32,000 nt of DNA, from contig DATBKT010000014.1 of assembly GCA_036555705.1 (NCBI GenBank), positions 2,040-34,039 of the forward strand. The letters are read 5' to 3'. The notes under the pieces are model-generated. The model was not told the DNA's origin. It saw only the letters and a program-made list of their open reading frames with translations, and ran no database searches. The stretch comes from Nitrososphaeraceae archaeon. Its GTDB lineage: Archaea > Thermoproteota > Nitrososphaeria > Nitrososphaerales > Nitrososphaeraceae. Shown one piece after another: positions 8,943-17,791 of the stretch (the stretch's first letter is position 1; each line of letters opens with the position of its first letter). The translations under genes were made by a program, and so were the position numbers.

Positions 8943-10630
8943 CCAAGGAATCGTTGAAGATAATATATAATAAGTAGTATACGCTTGAAATAGCTAAAAG
9001 TACATATTTGTTGACTACGTATCATCATTGCAAAGGTACTTCATAATGATATAAAGTCAATTCATGTCAAACAAGCAATTCATATTTTAGGTATGAATGA
9101 TTCGGATGTCAGCTGGTACGAATTTACTCTGCACTGATTCTAAGAAAGTATACAAGTGAAATATCTAATCCCAATTAAATAACTTCTTTTGACAGGACCG
9201 CTTTGGAATCCAGCGGTCATAGGGGATTATGCCTACCAACCTACGATTGCCGGCTGGATTCCTTAGCAGATATGAATCGAACAGTCATTACTTTATATAC
9301 GTAAAACCTATTAAAGATTGATTAACAAAATTATTCCATTTACTTGTTTAACTGTTCTTCACTATTTCACTAAACTAGATAGCGGTAATGAAAATGACAA
9401 TATTATACAACTCCTTCTATTATTAGACATCATGAGTGTTACACTAAATAGATTTGCAGATGTTGCGGCCTGTATGCATATTGCGAGGTAGTAGTCTTCA
9501 GGTGCCAACCGAGTTTGGTTATTCCTCAGAATCAGTTCTAATTCACTTGTAGTGTACTCCGTCTCACGACCGGCAATAATCAAAAAGAAGTTTGAAATTA
9601 GGTCGACAACAACGACAAAAAAACTACAGATTAGGTTTCAATAATTGTTAAAATCAAAGTAAAATTTTCAAATTCAAACCGGAGAAAGTTTATCAAAGTA
9701 GAACTGCTCAGTTAATACTTGAAACAAGACATACGATCCCCTAAAGTCAGAAATGGCCACAACTAGTTCTACATAGTGTTGATGAGACGATATTCTTCTA
9801 TATAATCTCGATATGATTGACAATATGCATAGTATATAGGTCTATGCAAAAATTGATGATGACAAATCATAATCCGTACTTATTATCATAAATATACCTC
9901 GCTGACTAATAAAAGACTACTAACCAAGCAAGCAATCCATAGGAATTGGTGCTAGGCACAAACTTTTAAAAAGCCTCAACCATTTGGGTCTGTACCTGTC
10001 GCAGGGTGCAGACCTATACTTCATAAAGTAATCTTATTCGATCTAATAGTACCAGAACATATATTCGAAATACGGAACAGAAAGTTCGAAGTCTGATTTG
10101 AAATAATAATTTGCCAGTCATAGAATCTAGTCTAGTTTTATAACTGCATGTATAATCTTCAAAATATTGCAAAATGTGTCGCACCTAAACTTAAAGCAAC
10201 GGAGGTTTGTGTCAAAAGAAGAATCAACCTACACAACAAATCACGAGACAATAACCTTAACAGAACATAGACATAGGTCGACAATAGTCTGAGTTTATTT
10301 GACAAGATGTTATTATAGTATAAATACGAAAATTCGAAAGGGCATATACGTAGCAATAAGATAGCCATATTATCTCTCTTTAGAAACCATTGACCAATAC
10401 TGGGTAGTGCAGTCGGTTCGACCTATCACTTATACCGATACATTCGTGTAATCTAATCTTGAACCAGCTGTCATGATGAAGTTGTTAACCAAAGATCCAA
10501 CATCATAATCTAGATTTACAACTACGCTGAAATATCGTCGCTGACCCTATGGTAAATTGAATTATCTCTAATTCGCACAATATACTCTAACATTTCATGA
10601 TTCAGGGATGGTGTAGATACTTCACATAGA

Positions 10631-11194
10631 CTAACTGGAAATCTGTCCTCTAATTTCTCCATCTGGGTATTGTTTTGTCTGAATATTAACATAGGCATTG
10701 TTATCTTGAAAAAGTTTAACCAAATCCGATACTTGCATTCCTTTCAGTGGTCCTGTCAGATCGATAGATGATATATTACCCTGTGCTAACTGTCCATTAA
10801 TTTGACCAGTGGGTGTTAGGTTCTTGAAACGAATAAGAGTCACTACAATAGGTCCATTATTGCCTTTCTTGCCTTGGTTTAAAGTTACCATGGTAACCTT
10901 ATCTATATTAGTAGCATTTACACTGTAGCTCATGATCTTCCCATTGCTATGAATGACAAAATTGGCAATTCCTGTAGATTTAGTATTGGTTGGCGGCACT
11001 TCATCTTGACTACTCAAATTTGCAGCAAACTTTCCTTCTGCTTGTGCAAACGCGAGATTGGGAAATTTAATCGAGGGCTGCATCATTGTTATGGACGATA
11101 CTGCTGCTGCTAAACCCAAGGAAAGAACGATCATGGATGCGAATTTGTATGGATTATTTCTTTTATATTCAAATCTTTCAAGATTAATTTTCAA
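10631..11194 (-). CDS. CHRD domain-containing exported protein (paralogue 1)
   Basis: 187 aa with a signal/anchor (FASMIVLSLGLAAAVSSI). CHRD pattern: F.A.LSSQDEVPPTNTKSTGIANF....NGKIMSYSV, NGPIVVTL, AYVNIQTKQYPDGEIRGQI (consensus YVNvHT...P.GEIRGQi). Confidence 0.8.
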   Translation of the reverse strand: MKINLERFEYKRNNPYKFASMIVLSLGLAAAVSSITMMQPSIKFPNLAFAQAEGKFAANLSSQDEVPPTNTKSTGIANFVIHSNGKIMSYSVNATNIDKVTMVTLNQGKKGNNGPIVVTLIRFKNLTPTGQINGQLAQGNISSIDLTGPLKGMQVSDLVKLFQDNNAYVNIQTKQYPDGEIRGQISS

Positions 11195-11910
11195 CGAGAT
11201 ATTAAATAAAACGTATTATATATGGATTTTTGAATTCACCGTCAACGTATAATGTATATTTTGTGTCAATATTAGTCTCAATTAATTGTTAGATTCTCAA
11301 TAGTATAATCTCTTTACAACATGTTGAAATAATAAGTCTACTAGAACTCATGATATGCAAAACACAGACACACTAAGTAAACAAGATACTACAAATAATC
11401 CTTTCAGAACTCATTCATCGTATAACTTACGATGGGATTTCCATCCACAATAGATTAACTTTACAATGCCTTAGAGCCCATGTCGAAAAAGATCTATCGA
11501 AGAAAATACTGAAAGAATCCGATTCCGACGTAAAGGCTAATTCAATTATCTCACGGTGCACCTTAGTTATTCTGATAGGTCGTAAAGATTAGTTAATCGG
11601 TGATAGTGTTTCTATTGGGTGTATGGTGATATGGTTATCTTTCCACAGATATCGACATTGAATAAGAAGCCTAAGATCTTATTTTATTTGTCTAGTATAC
11701 ATATCATTCATAATCAAAGTCATGATATAGAGGAGAAAATTACAAATAATTCAGATAGCTGACTTAATCCAATGCAACCGATATCAGACCGAAGCAAGTA
11801 CTCTATTGTCGACATATTTCTCAGATGACGATCGTCAGTTCATTCAATCTGTTTTTGACAAAAGTATTAAAAAAATTTATTATTGTCAGACATATTAGTG
11901 TTTTAGATAA

Positions 11911-12477
11911 ATGGATAACAATAAAGGAAACGATAGATTCAACGGAGTAAATACTCAGATACTAAGCAAAGTATATGATTCTATCCAAAATCATCCAGAG
12001 ATGTCAAAGGTAACATTTTCTGTAAGGTCAGAGTGGAATGGCGGATTTAGTGTCACGTCTCGCTCCAAAGATTTTCGCGTTGGCGACCAACATATTGAAA
12101 GAAATACCGAATATACAATGCAATATGATTTTCCAAACGAACTCTCAGGTCAGGGAAAAGGTCCAACTGTATGTGAGGGTTGTATGAGTAGCTTAGCAGC
12201 ATGTTTAACACAAACCATAGTAGCTCATGCTACGTCAAGAGGTATTCACATTGATAGCATCAATGTCGATGTAGAAGGCTATGTTGATCTACGAGGATTC
12301 ACAGGCATATCCAATGATGTAAGACCTGGTGCTCAGCAATTTAGAGTAAATATGAATATCAAAAGCAAAAGTGCCTCACAAGAACAAATATCCGAACTTC
12401 AGGAAATTGGAAAGAAATTTTCGCCAGCGTTTGATACATTGACAAATGGGACTTCAGTTATTTTAGTTAACCCTTGA
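11911..12477 (+). CDS. OsmC/Ohr-family peroxiredoxin-like protein
   Basis: 188 aa. GQGKGPTVCEGCMSSLAACLTQTIVAHATSRGIHIDSINVDVEGYVDLRGF fits the OsmC-fold core (G.g.gP.P.e.l..alaaC...... gi.i.s..v.v.g..d). Confidence 0.7.
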   Translation: MDNNKGNDRFNGVNTQILSKVYDSIQNHPEMSKVTFSVRSEWNGGFSVTSRSKDFRVGDQHIERNTEYTMQYDFPNELSGQGKGPTVCEGCMSSLAACLTQTIVAHATSRGIHIDSINVDVEGYVDLRGFTGISNDVRPGAQQFRVNMNIKSKSASQEQISELQEIGKKFSPAFDTLTNGTSVILVNP

Positions 12478-12670
12478 TTTGGTAGAGCTTTTGTGTGCAG
12501 TAGATTTGAAAGTCTTAGAGCAGTAGTAAAGAATTCTTGTGAATAGAAAGAGTTAAAGCTTCCAACTAATAAGTATACTTATCTGGGGTTCTGATACTTA
12601 ATTGAGGATCAGGCTATTTTGTCATTCTGACCATTGAAGTGCACTGGCTTGAGTTGGTATTACAGAAGAA

Positions 12671-13718
12671 TTAATTAGAGATCGACTTGTTATCAATTAC
12701 AAATCTATATCGAACATCACTATTGACTACACGCTGATAAGCCTCATTTACTTGCTGAATTGGGATGCATTCTATATCACTACTGATATTGTGTTTACTA
12801 CAAAAATTAAGCATTTCCTGGGTCTCTCTGATTCCCCCTATAGATGAGCCTGCAATGCTACGACGTCCACCACCCAACGCTGCAAATCCAAGTGGTGACT
12901 TCTTTTCAGGAACTCCTACTAAGACCATGGTACCGTCTAGAGCAAGCAGATTCAAATACCGATCCCAGTCAATCTCGATTGAAATTGTATTTATAATCAA
13001 GTCAAAATTGCGTTTCAACTTTTTAAAAGTCTGTGGATCTGACGTGGCATAGAAATTATCTGCTCCTAACCTTTTACCGTCCTCTTGTTTTCTGAGTGAG
13101 TGACTTAGTACAGTCACTTCAGCACCTAATGCATCTGCTATTTTTATTCCGATATGTCCCAAGCCTCCTAGACCCATAATTCCAACCTTTTTTCCAGGAC
13201 CAGCATTCCAATGCATCAGAGGCGAATACATAGTGATACCCGCACATAGTAGAGGTGCTGCCTGATCGGATGGAATATTATTGGGAATTGAAAGTACATA
13301 GTTTTCGTCTACCACTATTTTTTCTGAATATCCACCCTGCGTAGGAGTCTTGCCATCCTTTTCTAAGGCATTGTAGGTCAAATTGGGTCCTTCAAAACAA
13401 TATTGCTCAAGCCCCTTGAGGCAGGCCTCGCATTTTCTGCATGAATCAACAAAACAACCAACACCAACTTTGTCCCCTATTTTGTAACGTCCTACCTTTG
13501 AACCAATTTTGTTCACTATTCCTATAATTTCATGACCAGGAACCATGGGAAAGCTTGATCCTCCCCACTCATCATGTACCTGATGTATATCAGAATGGCA
13601 AATCCCACAATATTGAATATATCAGAACATCATAATCACGTGGATTTCTTCTCTCAAAAGTATAAGCAGCAAGTCCACCTTTAGCGTGTTGAGCTGCATA
13701 TCCACTAACTTGGATCAT
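12671..13718 (-). pseudogene. Zn-dependent NADP alcohol dehydrogenase (cinnamyl-ADH/YahK-like MDR), interrupted by a frameshift near 13617-13622
   Basis: ORF 12671..13546 starts at MVPGHEIIG. This lacks the N-terminal ~60 aa, including the catalytic-zinc Cys. Upstream ORF 13590..13805 contains [33 protein letters not shown] from the ATG at 13718. The missing segment [24 protein letters not shown] is present in the downstream frame. The two frames join within the minus-strand sequence CTGATATATTCAA (an AT-dinucleotide run). Confidence 0.8.
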
Positions 13719-14004
13719 ATTTGCTAGTTGCTCCCAATTATTTAATAATGTTACAACATAGTGAAAGACCTGAATGATTAAGTTGAGTGATTGATAAGTG
13801 TACACAGATTAAGAATAAACGTTAGACTACATTCGTAATTTTTCTTGATTCATAGCTACATAACTGAGAAAAAGTGATGTTCATGTCTGAACAAATAAAA
13901 GGAAAGGGGGGAGAGAAGCAAAGCAAATAACGAACAGGATGTTGGATTAAAACCTAACGGCAACATAATGCTTATTTTGAAAGTTATCAGGAATAGATTA
14001 AGCC

Positions 14005-14523
14005 TTGTCTCAAGGTATCAATATAAGACCATTCCAAGAGAACGATTTTGATAATGTCAAAGAATTTATTTCAGACGTTATAGTTAATGAATTTAAATTT
14101 AAGCTTGAGTTTGATACATTGGATTCTGATATTCTAGCTATTGGCAGGGTATATAACAAACTTAATAGAGGTTGCATGTGGATTGCAGAAACCTTTGTTG
14201 ATGATTTCAATCCTTACCTGCAACTACAAAAAATAGTTGGTACTACTGCAGTAAGAAATTTGGATGAGTTTGAATATACATGTGAGCTAAAGCGCATGTA
14301 TGTATCAATCAATTTCAGACGGTTAGGATTAGGTCAAAAGTTACTTGATAAAGCATTAGATTTTGCAATAAACTGTGGTTATTCACGAATGGTCTTGGAT
14401 AGTTCAAGAACATTGTATGCAGCTAGATCACTATATCTAAAGAATGGTTTTGTTGATGTCCCTAGATATAACAATAACTATAGAGCTGATGTGTTTATGG
14501 AAAAAAAGATATCATCATCTTGA
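14005..14523 (+). CDS. GNAT-family N-acetyltransferase
   Basis: 172 aa with a TTG start at 14005. The acetyl-CoA binding motif is LKRMYVSINFRRLGLGQKLLDKALDFA, followed by YSRMVLDS....A..LYLKNGF. Confidence 0.85.
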   Translation: MSQGINIRPFQENDFDNVKEFISDVIVNEFKFKLEFDTLDSDILAIGRVYNKLNRGCMWIAETFVDDFNPYLQLQKIVGTTAVRNLDEFEYTCELKRMYVSINFRRLGLGQKLLDKALDFAINCGYSRMVLDSSRTLYAARSLYLKNGFVDVPRYNNNYRADVFMEKKISSS

Positions 14524-14564
14524 TAAGATGTATTAGTAACTGATGATCCAAAAGTAAGGTAGGT

Positions 14565-15746
14565 TTAAAATCCGGTTAATGCAATTTTTCCAATAGCAGT
14601 TCCAGATTCCAACTTCTGATGTGCCTTACGCAGATTTTCTGCATTAATTGGTGATAGTACTTCAGTCAAGGTAGTTTTTATTATCTTGCTATCAATGAGA
14701 TAGGCTACTGCATTGAGCAAGTTGTGTTGTATGATCATGTCTGGCGTTTGAAAAAGTGATCTGGTAAACATGAGCTCCCAAACAAATGTGGCACTTTTCT
14801 GACGGAAAGTACCCCCAAGATCCACGTGATTCTTTGTTTCAACAATTGAGCAAATCTTGCCTTGCGGTGCGACTAGATCCTTCATAGTCTCAAAATAATT
14901 ATCAGTATTATTCAAACAAAGAATATAGTCTGTATGGTCTATACCGACAAGTTCAGTGATTTGGGATTTAAGCTCTTTATGATGGTTTATAACATAATCT
15001 GCACCCATCCTCTTACACCAGTCAATTGATTCGGGCCTTGAGGCAGTAGCGATTGTATTAATTCTTGATAATGTGGATACTGATGCCGGTGAGAATGATG
15101 ATGATAAAATGGCAGAATCATTTACAAGATTTTTTGCAAGTTGAATGGCTATGGAACCAACTCCTCCAGCGCCACCTAAAATAAGAATAGATGGGTGATG
15201 CTGCCTGCGTTTTGTTATATTACCCGCAGCGTCAGCTGGTGTGATCGACTGCGAGATATCTAGGGCCAATCTTCTTGTAATATCTTGATATAAAGTTAGT
15301 CTATCATACAAGGCCTCCCATGCTGTTATAGTCGTTAGTGGCAAAGCAGCAGCTTCTGCAAAGCTTAGCGAGTCAGGTTTTCTTCCGACAATACGTTCGT
15401 CTACCAAATGAAATTCGCAGTTTGTTCCTAGTGGTCTAGAAATGCTACCGGCATAGTAAACTGCGTCTCCTTTCTTAAAAAGTGTACATTCCGAACCTGT
15501 CTCCAATACTTCGCCAGCGCCATCCCAACCCAATACACGTGGTGTACTTCTATTTTTTTCAGCATCAGGCGGCTGAGGAAACAATCCTTTTCTTACTTTA
15601 GTATCGACAGGATTTACGGATATTGCCTTTATAGCAACTAATAGATCATGTCCTGTAGTAGGCGGATTTGGTGCTGTAATATCTAAGTCAATTAACGATT
15701 GAGGATCTTCTATTGGTAAGTATTTGTATAAACCAACTGCTTTCAT
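14565..15746 (-). CDS. Medium-chain dehydrogenase/reductase (zinc-binding ADH / quinone-oxidoreductase-like) with insertions
   Basis: 393 aa. MKAVGLYKYLP..DLLVAIKAISVNPVDTKVRKG, GWDGAGEV...G.....FKKGDAVYYAG and the Rossmann motif ILILGGAGGVGSIAIQLAK are present. It is about 50 aa longer than typical members, with Ser-rich insert(s) such as SSSFSPASVSTLS. Confidence 0.8.
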   Translation of the reverse strand: MKAVGLYKYLPIEDPQSLIDLDITAPNPPTTGHDLLVAIKAISVNPVDTKVRKGLFPQPPDAEKNRSTPRVLGWDGAGEVLETGSECTLFKKGDAVYYAGSISRPLGTNCEFHLVDERIVGRKPDSLSFAEAAALPLTTITAWEALYDRLTLYQDITRRLALDISQSITPADAAGNITKRRQHHPSILILGGAGGVGSIAIQLAKNLVNDSAILSSSFSPASVSTLSRINTIATASRPESIDWCKRMGADYVINHHKELKSQITELVGIDHTDYILCLNNTDNYFETMKDLVAPQGKICSIVETKNHVDLGGTFRQKSATFVWELMFTRSLFQTPDMIIQHNLLNAVAYLIDSKIIKTTLTEVLSPINAENLRKAHQKLESGTAIGKIALTGF

Positions 15747-16513
15747 TTTGTTTATCGGGAAAAGTCGATATATAATGATATATATAAACGCTAAATTTGT
15801 TCATATTTCGATCAGTCTTAATGGAAATTTCTACTCATCAATTCATTCTTTCGATATTGAATTAAATCAAAAACCAACATAATACATCATTGCTTAATTG
15901 AATATAATTTCTGGATTTTTTTAAAGTCCCGTAATCATCATTTTAGGCGATCTACTTCATGAAAGAGGCGGGATTATATGCTTTGCGAATGACATCGATG
16001 AATGGAATACCGGACTGCTAGGACAGAGCATATCTTGCGTCGACATCCAGGTCGTATCGAGATGCTATATTCTAATAATGCAACCGCTTCAGTTATTTTC
16101 AGCTTTATGTGACTAGAATTATTTTTCTCCATTGCTAGAGCTATCTCGCCGACCTCTTTAGCCAAATGTATAAATGCAGAAGATCGATTTTCTCCGAATC
16201 ATTTCTTATAATAATCTATTGCAACAAAGCTCTATCATTACTATGAGATAAAGATCTAAAACCCTTTCATCCACTCATACTCAGATTTCACTTTCAATCG
16301 TTGTTGGTATTCCGTTAGAATTCCTTTCATTGAGCAGGATTGTCGGAACTCTGGAATTAGATCTCCTTTATTGATCTGGGTAGTATTTAGTGATGAGTCC
16401 AAACTCATTTCAGCCTTAGTTTACTAGAAACAAAATAAAGACAAACCACGGCTCTGATTTTTCACACAAAATATCTGAGTTATGGAACTAAGCAAATTCA
16501 TAATGAACTACAA

Positions 16514-16578
16514 TTATATAGACTGTGCTAAAATGATTAGCCTAGGCTAACATTTATTAGATAGGCTAACCAATTAGC
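16514..16578 (+). promoter_or_regulatory. Candidate promoter (TATA TTATATA at 16514-16520) plus two iron-box-like operator sites upstream of the multicopper oxidase gene
   Basis: A perfect 14-bp palindrome TTAGCCTAGGCTAA lies at 16537-16550. A second inverted repeat GCTAA-CCAA-TTAGC lies at 16565-16578. The 9-mer TAGGCTAAC occurs twice (16543-16551 and 16562-16570), 19 bp apart. All sit between the TATA-like box and the ATG at 16589. Confidence 0.5.
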
Positions 16579-16588
16579 AATTACTCGT

Positions 16589-17791
16589 ATGTTAAGTTCA
16601 CGACTAGTCTTAATATCTGCTGTAGCAATAGCTATCTTAGCTACAGTATTTGCTATTTCTTCTTCATTTAGTATTTATTCATCGAACATTACATACGATG
16701 ATTCTAAGAAGTCGGTGAGCGGCAGTGGTAATAATGATAGAACAAAGATTGCTACTATTAATACTCCGCATGGTGTATATCAAACAACAGGCGATATTTT
16801 AGATCCAACAAGCCAGGTTATTGATGACAGAAATAAAATAGTTATTGATCCCATGAAATATTTACGTACTTTTAACTATGGTCGGGTATCTACTTTGCCG
16901 AATGGTACTATACTTAGAGAGTTTACACTAATAGCCTCAGACAATAAGGTAATGGAAATATCTCCAGGTATGTTCTACAATGTATGGACATTTAACGGAA
17001 CTGTGCCTGGACCCACGATAAGAGCTACTGAAGGAGATTTAGTCAGAATTAATTTCATTAATAATGGATCAAAACCCCATTCCTTGCACACTCATGGCAT
17101 TCATCCTGCAGATATGGATGGCTCTTTAGATATGGTTGGTCCACATGGTGGAAGGTTTGTTTATGAGTTCTATGCTAAACCATTTGGAGTATTTCCGTAT
17201 CACTGTCATATGCAGCCTCTAGAAGAGCATATCTCCCATGGTCTATATGGTGTATATATTGTAGATCCAAAGAAACCAAGACCTATTGCGGATGAAATGG
17301 TAATGATGATGAATGGATATGATACCGATAATGATAAAGAAAACAACTTTTACACTGTAAATGGTATACCCTACTATTATATGCACCATCCTATCCAAAT
17401 TCAAAAAGATAAATTAATACGCGTATATCTGGTCAACATGCTGGAATTTGATCCCATAAATAATTTTCATCTGCATGCCAATATGTACCAGCTCTACAGA
17501 TCTGGGACCAGCTTGACGCCTAGTGAATATACCGACATGGTAACTATGAGCCAAGGTGAAAGAGGAATACTAGAATTTACTTATAACTATATTGGAAATT
17601 ATATGTTCCATGCTCACAAAACAGAATTTGCAGAGAAAGGATGGATGGGCCTATTCTTAGTCAAAGGCAAAAGTGAATTGGATAAAATATTTGATGATGG
17701 CAGTAATAATAATTTCGCACAAAGAAATTTGGTAACAACAACAACACAAGAAACTCTACCAGGGGGAAAAGGAGATAGTGGTAGATATTAA
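16589..17791 (+). CDS. Two-domain multicopper oxidase (NirK-like fold, type-1 Cu site in domain 1), membrane-anchored
   Basis: 400 aa with an N-terminal anchor (LVLISAVAIAILATVFAI). Four HxH-type copper motifs are present: HSLHTHG, YHCHMQPLEEHISHGL (His-Cys-His then His), FHLHANMY and FHAHKTEF. The cupredoxin-like context is GPTIRATEGDLVRINFINN. Confidence 0.8.
   Translation: MLSSRLVLISAVAIAILATVFAISSSFSIYSSNITYDDSKKSVSGSGNNDRTKIATINTPHGVYQTTGDILDPTSQVIDDRNKIVIDPMKYLRTFNYGRVSTLPNGTILREFTLIASDNKVMEISPGMFYNVWTFNGTVPGPTIRATEGDLVRINFINNGSKPHSLHTHGIHPADMDGSLDMVGPHGGRFVYEFYAKPFGVFPYHCHMQPLEEHISHGLYGVYIVDPKKPRPIADEMVMMMNGYDTDNDKENNFYTVNGIPYYYMHHPIQIQKDKLIRVYLVNMLEFDPINNFHLHANMYQLYRSGTSLTPSEYTDMVTMSQGERGILEFTYNYIGNYMFHAHKTEFAEKGWMGLFLVKGKSELDKIFDDGSNNNFAQRNLVTTTTQETLPGGKGDSGRY

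Noticed and set aside
9362-9583. 73-aa minus-strand ORF in the long gap
   Set aside because: It has a non-ATG start, no motif and hydrophobic junk at the C-terminus. It may be a relic fragment, but that is unsupported.
10159-10368. 69-aa minus-strand Leu-rich ORF
   Set aside because: Its low-complexity Leu/Tyr/Ser composition is typical of random AT-rich frames, with no promoter or context support.
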